Below are positions 34,867-47,289 of a DNA stretch of 51,644 bases, in pieces. Each line of letters begins with the position of its first letter. Position 1 is the first letter of the stretch. A program made the position numbers and the translations under genes. This DNA comes from Octopus bimaculoides (taxonomy: Eukaryota), in assembly GCF_001194135.2 (NCBI RefSeq), contig NC_068983.1:57394135-57445778 (forward strand), read 5' to 3'. The notes under the pieces are model-generated. The model had not been told where the DNA came from, ran no database searches, and worked only from the letters and a program-made list of their open reading frames with translations.

Positions 34867-35254
34867 TCACACCTATAGATGGCAAAGATACGTGCAAGAA
34901 ACACACATGGCTATATTATGTGGGTGACTGTGTTGTCAATGAGGTGAGAAGAAGAGAGAAAGACAGAAAGAGAGAGGGAGAGATTTATGCAAATCTTGGA
35001 AGTTTTAATCCAAAATTAGTATTAAAGTCTGCAACGTTAGTGTCTGTGATGGAAGCAGTTGACCTGTNNNNNNNNNNGGAACAGATGGGGGCCGGTTTCA
35101 AAGTCTTAAAAATCTAATCAATGGGTGATCTGTAAAGGGGTTTGATTGAGGCGGTTGTGGAAGCTGTGACAGGACAGGACTGGGAGTTGATAGTAGTTAC
35201 GTCTGTTGTGATTGTGGGATATTTCTGCTTTCAAAGCAGAGATTATTGATATTG

Positions 35255-35799
35255 TAACGATGATGATGATGATGATGAGGATGATGAGGATGATGGCGAT
35301 GAGGATGATCAGGGAATGTGTTCAGGAAAAAAAAGGAATCTTAATGCTTTTGCTTGTTATGGTTTCTGTGGTTGATGTTCATGCTGTCAATTTGAGGAAA
35401 ATGGTCCTGACAACCATGATGGTGATGGTGATGGTGATGATGATGGTGGTGATGATGATGATGGTCGTGATATTCATGATGGAGGTGATGGTGGTGTTAC
35501 AGTGATGATGATGGAGGTAATTATGGCAGTGGTGGTGGTGGCAGTGCTGCTGCTGCTGCTGATGATGATGATGAGATGGTGATGATGATGATGAGATGGT
35601 GATGATGGTGATTATGAGAGGGTGGTGATGGTGTTACTGGCGATATTGATGGTGGTGGTTATGATGATGACGACGCTGGTGGTGGTGATAATGGCAATGA
35701 TGATGGTTGTAGTGGTAGTAATAATAATCATTATGATGATGATGGTGATGACAGTGGCCATTGTAATGATGTGGCTGATTGTAATAAAAATATGATTGA

Positions 35800-35834
<35 letters not shown>

Positions 35835-35897
35835 CGATGATAGCAGAAATAAAATCAAAATATCTGAAGAAGTAGAAGTAGTGATGGTTGTGGTTGG

Positions 35898-35959
<62 letters not shown>

Positions 35960-36095
35960 TGGTAGTGGTGGTGGTGGTGGTGGTGGTGGTGGGTGGTCGT
36001 CGTCGTCATCGTCATCGTTGACATCAACGTCATCATCGTGGTCGTGGTGGTCGTGGCGGCAGCGGTGGCGGCGATGATGTTGGTGGTGGTGGGTA
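35255..36095. repeat. Long compound trinucleotide microsatellite (GAT/GGT/GTA/GCT/GTC)
   Basis: Direct sequence inspection. Confidence 0.95.
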
Positions 36096-36639
36096 TGAGA
36101 ACAAAATTGGGGAGGTGGGGGCGGGGTTAAAAAGGATGCATAAAATGAAATTAAAATTAATTGAAATTTCATTTCCAGCCTATATACAGCTGTCATCCCC
36201 CTTCCAGCCCTACCTCTTTTGTTAATTAATTTTAAACAAATTAAGTAAATACAATTAGTTTTGTTTGTTTATTTAATAATTTGCTTTCCCATTATAGTTA
36301 CATTGTATTTCTGTCCTATGTTTGCAATTGTTGTGGTTGTTGTTGCTGTTGATCAAAGACATTCCGGTTCTGATCATCCCATTTTCTTTTTCAGGCATAG
36401 TGTATCTCAGATCATATATTCTGATGTGTTATTTTTGATAACAATATAGGGTGATCTGAGAAAGGGATTTGGTTGCTGTTTCTAGCATATCAATGGATAT
36501 GCTAGAAAGTGGCTTTTTTGGTTATTGTATAATCCTAGGTCAGTCTTCATCAATGAGATCCCTGGTCAAAAGCATTCTCTCTTTTTGTATATCAATCTAC
36601 ATTGTTCAGTGTATCCTTTCTTTAAGACAGTATGATAAG

Positions 36640-36805
36640 GCATCAATATCAACCCCAGTGTGTAATTGGTACTGAATTTATCGACCCCGAAAGGATGAAA
36701 GGCAAAGTCGACCTCGGTGGAATTTGAACTCAGAACGTAACTGCAGACGAAATACCACTAAGCATTTCACACGGTGTGCTAACGTTTCTGCCAGCTCGCT
36801 GCCTT
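36640..36805 (-). mobile_element. SINE family B
   Basis: Reverse complement of 47290-47460. Confidence 0.9.
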
Positions 36806-37480
36806 ACAATACAAAAATATTGAGTAACCTTTCAGTTTGATGGTAAATTGTTTTGATCAGAAATCGACATAAAAACAAACATTCATATAATATATATGTG
36901 AGTGTGTGTGTGTGTGTATGTGCGTGTTTGACTGCATTCCCACCACAACATCCAGTGTTGGGTTGTTTACATCCCCATAATTTAGCAGTTCAACAAAAGA
37001 CGCTGATTAGTGCAAGTACCAGATTTAAGAAAGTAAGTGGTGTCAAATTGCTTGACTCAGTTATAAAGCTAGTGCCCCAGCATGGCCACAGCCCAGTGAC
37101 TTTAATGAGTTAAAGATAAAAGATAAAAGATTTACGTCAGAATTAGTGATGCAGGTATTTTCACAAATAGATTCCATGTTCCGATCATTCACCCACATCT
37201 GTGACATAATATTTGTTGACATCCATTGCAGTAGAAGAATTTGGAAAATAACCAATTCTTTGTGAAGCAAGACGAAGCGTGTGAGCACGTACACAAGATC
37301 TTGTGGTCATTCACTCCAATACCTTAGCATTGCCGCCATTGTGTTCATATTCATAAATATGTTTTGAATATTTTCCAGGAAACTATTGTGGCTGAGAGAG
37401 AAGAAATTTGCTTCCCTGACTACAAGGTTCTGGGTTCAGTCCCTCCGTGTAGCAAATGAATTCTACTAATTATATTCATA

Positions 37481-37893
37481 GGTGCAGGAGTGGCTGTGTG
37501 GTAAGTAGCTTGCTTATGAACCGCATGGTTCCTGGTTCAGTCCCGTTGTGTGGCACCTTGGGCAAGTGTCTTCTACTATAGCCTTGGGCCGACCAAAGCC
37601 TTGTGAGTGGATTTGGTAGACAGAAACTGATAGAAGCCTCTCGTATGTACGCATATGTATATATATATATATATATGTGTGCGTGTGTGTGTGTGTGTTT
37701 GTCCCCCCAACATCGCTTGACAACCAATGCTAGTGTGTTTATGTCCCTGTAACGTAGCAGTTCGGCAAAAGAGACCAATAGAATAAGTACTAGGCTTACA
37801 AAGAATAAGTCCTGGGGTCGATTTGCTCGACTAAAGGTGGTGCTCCAGCATGGCCACAGTCAAATGACTGAAACAAATAAAAGAGTAAAAGAG
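37481..37893 (+). mobile_element. SINE family C, full length (tRNA head, CORE-like domain, central microsatellite, 3' tail)
   Basis: GGCTGTGTGGTAAGTAGC...GGTTCAGTCCC...CACCTTGGGCAAGTGTCTTCTAC; the CCTTGGGCAAGT block resembles the CORE-SINE domain (inference). Confidence 0.9.
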
Positions 37894-37904
37894 ATATAGT
37901 AGAG

Positions 37905-38258
37905 TCCTGGGTTCAGTCCCACTGTGGGCAAGTGTCTTCTACTATAGCCTCAGATTGACAAAGCTTTGCAAATGGATTTAGTAGGCAGAAACTGAAAGAA
38001 GCCTGTCGTGTGTGTGCATATGTGTGTGTGTGTGTGCATGTGTGTGTGTGTCTATGTTTGTCCCTGACTACCACTTGACAACTGATGTTGGTTTGTTTAT
38101 GTTACCATAGCTTAGTGGTTTGACAAAAGAGAATGAGAGAATAACTACCAGGCTTAAAAAAAAAATACTGGGTTTGAGTCGTTCAACTAAAACCTGTTCA
38201 AGGTGGTGCTCCAGCATGGCCACAGTCTAATGATTGGACGAAATAAAAGACAAAACCT
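37905..38258 (+). mobile_element. SINE family C, older 5'-truncated copy
   Basis: Colinear with the preceding copy but more diverged. Confidence 0.8.
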
Positions 38259-38311
38259 AAAGACACAAAGCTGAGTATTTCTTTACTCAGTCTACATTTA
38301 TTACACCAAGC

Positions 38312-38453
38312 CACTGGCATAGGTAGAGTGTGTGCCACCTCTGGATCCCACAAAAATCATATATTGCCTACAGCAGACCCAAAAGTGATTCTCCTTTAAA
38401 AGTGTCACCCAGGGTGCACCACCCCCTACTGCCAACCTCTAGCTATGCTAATG
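38312..38453. mobile_element. hAT-superfamily MITE with 8-bp TSD
   Basis: TSD CACCAAGC at 38304-38311 and 38454-38461; TIRs CACTGGCATAGGTAGAG and CTCTAGCTATGCTAATG. A relative lies at ~41183-41415. Confidence 0.85.
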
Positions 38454-39442
38454 CACCAAGCGTAACTTCTGAAAGACTTCTTGGTCTTTTATTAACCAGA
38501 CTGCCTTAACCTTTTTCTCTTTTTCTCCTTAATTCCATTATTTCTCTGCAAATTAGACCCAGGAGTTTGTATTCTCAAGATTCTGGGAGTCATTTCTTGT
38601 CAATCTTCATCTTTCTGTCTCTCTCTATCATTTCTTCTTTTCTACTAAAATCTTCCATCTAACTACTCACCAAAACAGATTCAAATTAAATGGTAGTTCT
38701 GCTAACTGTATTAACTTCACCAAATTAGTTTGACTTTTCTATTCTTAAGGATTTCTAAAAATAATTTCGAGAAATATTGTGCCATAAATTCACCAAAACA
38801 TATGAAATGAAATAATTTCTCTTTCTTGTTTCAACCATTCTCTCTCCCTCTCTCATCTTGTCTCTCCCTCACTCTCCTTGTCTCTCCCTCTCTAGGTATG
38901 ATGTGATGCCAATTCACATTTCATTTTGAATTATCATATTGCGAGAAAAGTCATACAAGCATAAAAAAAGTATACACTTCAACAATTTATGCAAATATTG
39001 AAATCTAGAGAATCATCTGTCTAATTCTGGAACACAAAACGGTAAAAGACCAAAAATAAGAAAAAATGTGGTGTAATAAAATGATTATAAAATATTAATG
39101 AATCGCAAAAATGTTGTATTAATATGCAAAATATAATGGGTGACAGAAATATCTTGGTAAATATTTCCGTATTAAAATATCACGAATGTTTATGATGTTT
39201 GTCACGATGGTTCAGAAAATCTTGAGCTAATATTAAAATCATGTTTTAAAGGGTTGCTTGATATTTTCAAAACTTTATTCTTACTTTTTTTCTTTTTGTA
39301 TTTCAATTTGCAAGATTCTTTATGTGAATTCAACATATTCTTCCCATTTTCTTTACAATTTTTTAGACCATTTAAAATGAATTGGAGCAATGAAGGCTGC
39401 TATTTTAGTCGATAATCCTTTAACATATGACATACAAATCGC

Positions 39443-39630
39443 ACAGATTATCATCATTATTATCATTTGGCATGGGTTGGATAGTTTGACAAGAACAGAC
39501 AAGCCAGAGGGTTCCACTAGGTTCTATGTCTGCTTTAGCATGGTTCCAACAGCTGGATGCCCTTCCTAATACCAACCACTCTGCAGAGTGGACTAAGTGT
39601 TTTTTTACATGCCACCAACACCAATGAGGA
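39443..39630 (-). mobile_element. RTE-clade LINE 3' end, diverged
   Basis: GCATGGGTTGGATAGTTTGAC...CAGCTGGATGCCCTTCCTAATACCAACCACTC. Confidence 0.7.
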
Positions 39631-40208
39631 TGATGAGTACCTGTAAGATACTTCGGTATCCTCAATTGAGCAGGGTATAGACTGAGAAAATAAGAAACTA
39701 TGATACAGAGAGAGGAGCTGGTATCTTGCTGAAGAGGCAAGTACATGGCTTACCTACCAGGAAAATGAGAGAGAGAGAAAGAAAGAGATGTGAGGTCTGT
39801 GTACAATATGGATATGAGACAGAATAGGAAAGAAGAGCAGAGAAGGTGGATGTGTATTTGAGTCCACTGAATGCAANNNNNNNNNNNNNNNNNNNNNNNN
39901 NNNNNNNNNNNNNNNNNNNNNNNNNNNNNNNNNNNNNNNNNNNNNNNNNNNNNNNNNNNNNNNNNNNNNNNNNNNNNNNNNNNNNNNNNNNNNNNNNNNN
40001 NNNNNNNNNNNNNNNNNNNNNNNNNNNNNNNNNNNNNNNNNNNNNNNNNNNNNNNNNNNNNNNNNNNNNNNNNNNNNNNNNNNNNNNNNNNNNNNNNNNN
40101 NNNNNNNNNNNNNNNNNNNNNNNNNNNNNNNNNNNNNNNNNNNNNNNNNNNNNNNNNNNNNNNNNNNNNNNNNNNNNNNNNNNNNNNNNNNNNNNNNNNN
40201 NNNNNNNN

Positions 40209-40440
40209 TATGTATGTATGTATGTGTGTTTGTGTGCTTGTGTTTGTCCCCCCACCATTGCTTGACAACCGATGCTGGTGTGTTTACGTTCCCGTAACTT
40301 ACCGGTTCGGCAAAAAGGGACCGATATAATAAGTACTAGGCTTCCAAAGAATAAGTCCTGGGGTCGATTTTCTCGACTAAAGGTGGTACTCCAGCATGGC
40401 CGCAGTCAAAAGGACTGAAACAAGTAAAAGAGTAGAGAGA
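40209..40440 (+). mobile_element. SINE family C, 3' half
   Basis: Matches 37690-37893. Confidence 0.9.
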
Positions 40441-41494
40441 TTAACATAGAAGTTTGACGGAAGAGTGGAGCCTCCTGTTGTATATGACTGATGAAGTTTC
40501 TGGAACATATTGCAGAACAAACACACACAGGGATTAAGATTTGGGAGTTAACAGTCCCATGACATGCTCATATGCTTTTGTATGGAAGCATTAAATACTT
40601 ATAATTATAATTAAATACTTATAATTAAATATTTATATGTACATGATTAAATATAAAGATGTTTGGTTTTCTTTTGTATTTACCTTTCCCTGAGTGGCAT
40701 AGTATATAAGGATGTTCTAGAAATGAGAATGTATTGCTAATAAATTATCATTTCATTAACTGTACAAATTAAATTAACTCTTTCAAAATAAATATTCACT
40801 TTATTCATGATTTAATCATTATTCTCAAAAGATATTTCTGGCTTGAAAATTAGGTGATATTTAGGGAACAAAATTATTCAAAGACGATGACTAGTTAAAA
40901 GATGTTAAAATCGTGTACAAATTCAAATATGAACCATAAAATTATTATAATTATTATTATTATAACTTTTACTACTTATAACAAGGTTTCAGAGCAATTT
41001 CAAGTTTTCAATTTCCTTACTCATAAATGGTTTAATTATCTCATGTATTTGAGAATTAATTAATTAAAACAGAACTAGAGGTAATTGGAATTCTATGGAA
41101 ATGTCAGTATGTACAAATGCCTACATATTAATTGCTAGTAGGGACACCATATTTCATTTTGCAATCATAATATATTATCAAGCACTAGCATAGCCAGAGT
41201 GTGTACCACCGGGGTGGACCTTCCGTTTTCCACCCACCAGACCCTACAAAAAACACATATTACTTACAGCAATAGTCTACACCAGGATGAAAAGTGCCAC
41301 CCCTTTAAAAGTGCTACCCAGGCTGGACTGCCCCTAGTGTCCCTCCTCTAGTGCTCCTAACGCTCCTCCTCTAGCACCCCTGGCGCCTGTGCCCCCTAGC
41401 TCCGCTTGTGCCACCAGGTATATTAAAGGTTTATAAGCCAATGCTGTGTTGCACTTTTTATGTTAGAAGTGTGATTCAGACAATTTAAGTTATC

Positions 41495-41696
41495 TGCTCT
41501 TCTACTTGCTTCTGTCATTTTGACTGTGACCATGCTGGAGTACTGCTTTTAGCCAAAACAAATCGTCCCCAGGATTTATTCTTCGTAAACCTAGTACTTA
41601 TTCTATTGGTCTCTTTTGCTGAACTGCTAAGTTACGGGGACGTAAACACACCAGCATCAGTTGTCAAGCAATGGTGGGAGGACAAACGCAGACAAA

Positions 41697-41745
<49 letters not shown>

Positions 41746-41945
41746 CCCACATGGCCCCCACCCCACTCCAACACACATACAAATACCCCACATATACACA
41801 TACCCCCACGCACATACACTCACACATACTCACCCCAACACACACAAACACACACACAGATATGTATATATCTGTGTGTGCATGTTTGTGGGACTAAACC
41901 CGGAACCATCTGGTTGGAAAGCAAGCTTCTTACCACACAGCCACT
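41495..41945 (-). mobile_element. SINE family C with expanded central CA region
   Basis: Tail at 41495-41700 and head remnant at 41888-41945, both reverse complement. Confidence 0.8.
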
Positions 41946-42185
41946 CAAAAATTAGAGCCAGCACTGAAAGTTGGGACATTGTGTAAACGAATATAGTTAT
42001 GTAAACAATGCGCTTGAAGAAAAATGCATTTAACCCCCGCCATTTCCTATTTCTCTATTTTTGATCACATTGTCTACATAGATGTATTCATACATGAACT
42101 ATTGTAACTTTCAGTGCTGGCTCTAAATTTTATGGAAAATCTGTAGAGATACTTTACAAAATGTCTACCTATCTCCATATTTAAA

Positions 42186-42188
<3 letters not shown>

Positions 42189-42217
<29 letters not shown>

Positions 42218-42333
42218 TTATCATCATCATCATCGTTTAACGTCGACTTTCCATGCTAGCATGGGTTGGATGATTTGACTGAGGACTGGTGAAACCAGAT
42301 GGCTGCACCAGGCTCCAATCTTATCTGGCAGAG
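42189..42333 (-). mobile_element. RTE-clade LINE 3' end, cut by an assembly gap
   Basis: (CAT)n CGTTTAACGTCGACTTTCCATGCTAGCATGGG. Confidence 0.8.
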
Positions 42334-43311
42334 TNNNNNNNNNNNNNNNNNNNNNNNNNNNNNNNNNNNNNNNNNNNNNNNNNNNNNNNNNNNNNNNNNN
42401 NNNNNNNNNNNNNNNNNNNNNNNNNNNNNNNNNNNNNNNNNNNNNNNNNNNNNNNNNNNNNNNNNNNNNNNNNNNNNNNNNNNNNNNNNNNNNNNNNNNN
42501 NNNNNNNNNNNNNNNNNNNNNNNNNNNNNNNNNNNNNNNNNNNNNNNNNNNNNNNNNNNNNNNNNNNNNNNNNNNNNNNNNNNNNNNNNNNNNNNNNNNN
42601 NNNNNNNNNNNNNNNNNNNNNNNNNNNNNNNNNNNNNNNNNNNNNNNNNNNNNNNNNNNNNNNNNNNNNNNNNNNNNNNNNNNNNNNNNNNNNNNNNNNN
42701 NNNNNNNNNNNNNNNNNNNNNNNNNNNNNNNNNNNNNNNNNNNNNNNNNNNNNNNNNNNNNNNNNNNNNNNNNNNNNNNNNNNNNNNNNNNNNNNNNNNN
42801 NNNNNNNNNNNNNNNNNNNNNNNNNNNNNNNNNNNNNNNNNNNNNNNNNNNNNNNNNNNNNNNNNNNNNNNNNNNNNNNNNNNNNNNNNNNNNNNNNNNN
42901 NNNNNNNNNNNNNNNNNNNNNNNNNNNNNNNNNNNNNNNNNNNNNNNNNNNNNNNNNNNNNNNNNNNNNNNNNNNNNNNNNNNNNNNNNNNNNNNNNNNN
43001 NNNNNNNNNNNNNNNNNNNNNNNNNNNNNNNNNNNNNNNNNNNNNNNNNNNNNNNNNNNNNNNNNNNNNNNNNNNNNNNNNNNNNNNNNNNNNNNNNNNN
43101 NNNNNNNNNNNNNNNNNNNNNNNNNNNNNNNNNNNNNNNNNNNNNNNNNNNNNNNNNNNNNNNNNNNNNNNNNNNNNNNNNNNNNNNNNNNNNNNNNNNN
43201 NNNNNNNNNNNNNNNNNNNNNNNNNNNNNNNNNNNNNNNNNNNNNNNNNNNNNNNNNNNNNNNNNNNNNNNNNNNNNNNNNNNNNNNNNNNNNNNNNNNN
43301 NNNNNNNNNNN

Positions 43312-43363
<52 letters not shown>

Positions 43364-43499
43364 TTAGGGACAAAATCCAAAATTACAGGTAAAAACTCAA
43401 TTAAAATCAATTTATAAAAAATTAAAATTAAATTGAGCTTTATCGATAAAATATATACAAAATATATAGTTTTAGGGAAAATAACCAAGTTATATATAT

Positions 43500-43537
<38 letters not shown>

Positions 43538-43918
43538 ACACATATACACATACATACATATATATGTGTGTGTGTATATATATAATATATATACATATAT
43601 GTATGCATGTATATTTGCAACACACTCTAAACATCTAATAATATTGATCAATTATTTAATACGTTTTATACATAAGTATTTGTTTCATAATGTAATTATT
43701 CTCTTAGCATTAATCATTTATCAATGGCTATGATGAAAATCTAGACCACACTGGTATCTATTAACCTTTCCACTCATTATAGGTAATTCCTTGCAGTCAT
43801 TTCACATACTGAAATAAAACATTTCCAGATCTTAATCAGAATAGACAATATCCTTTGTTTTCATTTTGCTTTTTCTTTGGTTTCTGTTCTGTTTCTGTTT
43901 TTGTTTTTCATCTTTTAG

Positions 43919-43980
43919 TCATTAGAGACGGCAGTGCTGGTATCCAGGAGCTGATGGCTGTGTTGGAATCCTTGCAATGA
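43919..43980 (+). CDS. Candidate terminal coding exon (phase 1): xIRDGSAGIQELMAVLESLQ*
   Basis: ~60-nt pyrimidine tract ending CTTTTAG, followed by non-repetitive, higher-GC sequence with a protein-like translation; TGA at 43978-43980. Protein not recognised. Confidence 0.4.
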
Positions 43981-44297
43981 AGTAGACTCTGCTAAAGACA
44001 TCAAATGACCAGATGGCAGTGTTAAGCAACATAACAGATTAATTCTACAATCAATCTAGGTTGTTTTCATCTTTGGTATTTTTCTTGTTTAATTCGTTAG
44101 ACTGTGGCCATGCTGGAGTCCTGTCTTGAAGAATTTTAGTAGAATGAATCAATCTCAGTCAAAATTTTATTTTTTTAATCCTGGTATTTATTTTATCAGT
44201 CCCTTTTTGCCAAACCACATAGTGACGTGAATGTAAACACACCAATACTAGTTGTCAAGTGGCTGAGGGAAACACACACACACACACACATACACAC

Positions 44298-44335
<38 letters not shown>

Positions 44336-44734
44336 GGCGGTAAGCTGGTAGAAACGTTAGCACGCCGGGTGAAATGCTTAGCAGTATATCCGAATGTTTA
44401 TGATGTTTGTCACGATGGTTCAGAAAATCTTGAGCTTATATTAAAATCATCTTTTAAAGGGTTGCTTGATATTTTCAAGACTTTATTCTTACTTTTTTTC
44501 TTTTTGTATTTCGATTTGCAAGATTCTTTATGTGAATTCAACATATTCTTCCCATTTTCTTTACAATTGTTTAGACCATTTTAAATGAATTGGTGCAATG
44601 AAGGCTGCTATTTTAGTCGATAATCCTTTTTGCCAAACCACTTAGTGACGTGAATGTAAATAAACATACCAATACTAGTTGTCAAGTGGCGGAGGGAAAC
44701 ACACACACACACACACATACACACAATAATAATG

Positions 44735-44813
<79 letters not shown>

Positions 44814-44814
44814 T

Positions 44815-45048
44815 AAGGCGGTAAGCTGGTAGAAACGTTAGCATGCCGGGTGAAATGCGTAGCAGTATTTTGTCTGCTGTTACATTCTGGGTTCACATTC
44901 CGCCGAGGTTGACTTTGCCTTTCATCCTTTCAGGGTCGATAAATTAAGTACCAGTTATGCACTGGGATCGATGTAATTGACTTAATCCCTTTATCTATCC
45001 TTGTTTGTCCCCTCTATGTTTATCGCCTTGTGGACAATAAAGAAATAA
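44815..45048 (+). mobile_element. SINE family B, full length
   Basis: AAGGCGGTAAGCTGGTAGAAACGTTAGC...GGTTCACATTCCGCCGAGG...TAAAGAAATA. Confidence 0.9.
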
Positions 45049-45659
45049 CAATAATAATAATAATAATAATTAATTCTTTTATTAGCCATGAGGGCTCACA
45101 TACAATAGCATTAAAGGACATGCAACAACATAAACGGAACAATACAATGGGTTTTACAGTGTGTAAACAAAAAATAAAAGAACAATAGAAATTAGACAAA
45201 TTAAAACTCCTGATGGGGGAGGCACTTTAATGTCCTTGTGGAAAACCCCACGAAAGCCACTGATGCCTGAACAACAGGGCAAGAGCCCTTCTTTTATTTC
45301 TCACAGGTTTGCACTCAGAACTGGTCCTTTCATACTGGCCATTCTTCCAACATTCACCCACAATCTGCACTTTTGCATTTCATGTTTGTCAGATGCTTTG
45401 TTCTGAAGCAGAATGAAACAAAGAAAGAAAATATAGAATGTGTAGTGGCTAACGATCTATCATGGAGAATTATACACATATATTTAAGAAATTAAAATAA
45501 AAGAATAAAAGATTATTTTGTGAATTTCATTACCTTACAGCTGTTTCTGCTATCGAATGTAATGCACTCAAATTTGCACTTTTGCATTTCATGTTTGACG
45601 GATGCTTGTTCTGAAGCATATGTACATTGAGTTTTAACACCAGGTTATTAGTATCACTG

Positions 45660-45945
45660 AGTGAGGTCACTCCCAGTGCCGTTGGACTGGCTCTTGTTCA
45701 GGTGGCACGTAAAAAACACCATTTGAGTGTGGCCATTGCCAGTACCACCTTACTGGCCCTCGTGCCGGTGGCACATGAAAGCACCCACTACACTCTTGGA
45801 GTGGTTGACGTTAGGAAGGACATCCAGCTGTAGAAACTCTGCCAGATTAGATTGGAGCCTGGTACAGCCTTCTGGCTCACCAGTCCTCAGTCAAATTGTC
45901 CAACCCTTGTCAGCATGGAAAGCGGATGTTAAACAATGATGATGA
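45660..45945 (+). mobile_element. RTE-clade LINE 3' end
   Basis: Ends AGCATGGAAAGCGGATGTTAAACAATGATGATG. Confidence 0.8.
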
Positions 45946-46021
45946 GGAGGAGGAGGTGTGTGTGTGTGTGTGTCTGTGTGTGTGTGTGTCTGTGTGTGTG
46001 TGTGTGTGTGGCTGTGTGGTA

Positions 46022-46278
46022 AGTACTCTCCTGATTTGGCACGAATGGATTTCCACCTCTTTTGATCTTTTTTAAATACTATGCGCGGAGTTTCGTTCAA
46101 TACTGATGCTGAATTGAGAGTTTGGTTGGATCAATTTCTCGAGTCGAAATTGGGTGATTTCTTCCAACAGGGTATTGAAAATCTTGCTGAACATTGATTA
46201 ATTAGTTGTTATTTTTTATTAAACTTTAAAAAAAAATTAATTTTTTAAAATGGCGGGAACTTAGCTGCCAACCCAATA
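46022..46278 (+). pseudogene. Mariner 3' fragment (YSPDLA motif to right TIR)
   Basis: TACTCTCCTGATTTGGCACGAATGGATTTCCACCTC (YSPDLARMDFHL); ends GGGAACTTAGCTGCCAACCCAATA. Confidence 0.75.
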
Positions 46279-47158
46279 GATGTTCTGCGATGGTTTTTCT
46301 TCTTGAAATCAAAATCTCCACAGCTTCTATGTTATACATCCCACAAAAATTCACAAGAAAATGCTATTGCACTCTCTGCACCCCTTGCTCCCAGGCCCAT
46401 GAACCTAGATGTCTTGCAAACAACTCACACGTGCAAAGTGCTACCTGTCAAGAACTCCGCATACCGGAAGCCAGCAAGTGTATGCAGTCATCAGGAGGGA
46501 ATGCGTGCCGTTTCGGGGCCTACCTCTCGACGGCATCAATACGCACCGGCCCCCCTCACTGATATGAGGCCCCTCTTGCTAGATCAACTGATTATTAAAA
46601 ACAAAGCTCAATATTTCTCTAGCTATCGCTCATCATCTCTTTTTAACCAAATCCAGTGGCTAGCCTTCTCCACTGTAGTTTGGATATCGGTAATGGTGGT
46701 ATTTACCTTACGATGAGTTAGGCTTAACGATAACAGCAGTAATAAACGACAACAATTACTCTCCCAAGAGATATTTCAAGAATATAGATGTTCTGCGATG
46801 GCTTTTCTTATCTCCACAGCTTCTTTGTTGTTAACCTGAATAACATCTTAGAAACAAAACGACAGAATGGAAGGGAAAAAAACCCCACATAAAACAACCA
46901 CTTTCTGAAACAGGAAACAAACACGCAAAGAGTGCTCCATTATCATCTGTGACTATTAATAGGTTCTGGCTGTAAGTTGAAGTGGAATCCTCTGCAAGTG
47001 GTAGGTTATAGCTTTATTGCATGGTAAATACTGATCAGGTCCTAACTTGGATTTCAACCAACAGGAAAAATCTCTCCCATGAAGAAACATTTAAATTTTC
47101 TCTGTTATGAAGCAAATTATTTTTAGACGATTCTGAAAATAAAAGGTTTTATTATTAA

Positions 47159-47230
<72 letters not shown>

Positions 47231-47289
47231 CATTATTATTATTATTATTGTTGTTGTTGTTGTTGTTGTTGTCTTTTCTTCTTTTTTTA

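Noticed and set aside
35634-36196. Poly-His, poly-Tyr, poly-Ser and poly-Pro ORFs
   Set aside because: Produced by trinucleotide microsatellites; no splice or start context.
40482-40525. CTGATGA-A-GTTTCTG...CAGAAC-AAAC half hammerhead
   Set aside because: G12 is missing, and there is no NUH or stem I partner downstream.
42256-43623. Longest ORFs in the track (350-455 aa) and similar ORFs at 13476, 21595, 25753, 39698
   Set aside because: They run through N gaps and dinucleotide repeats.
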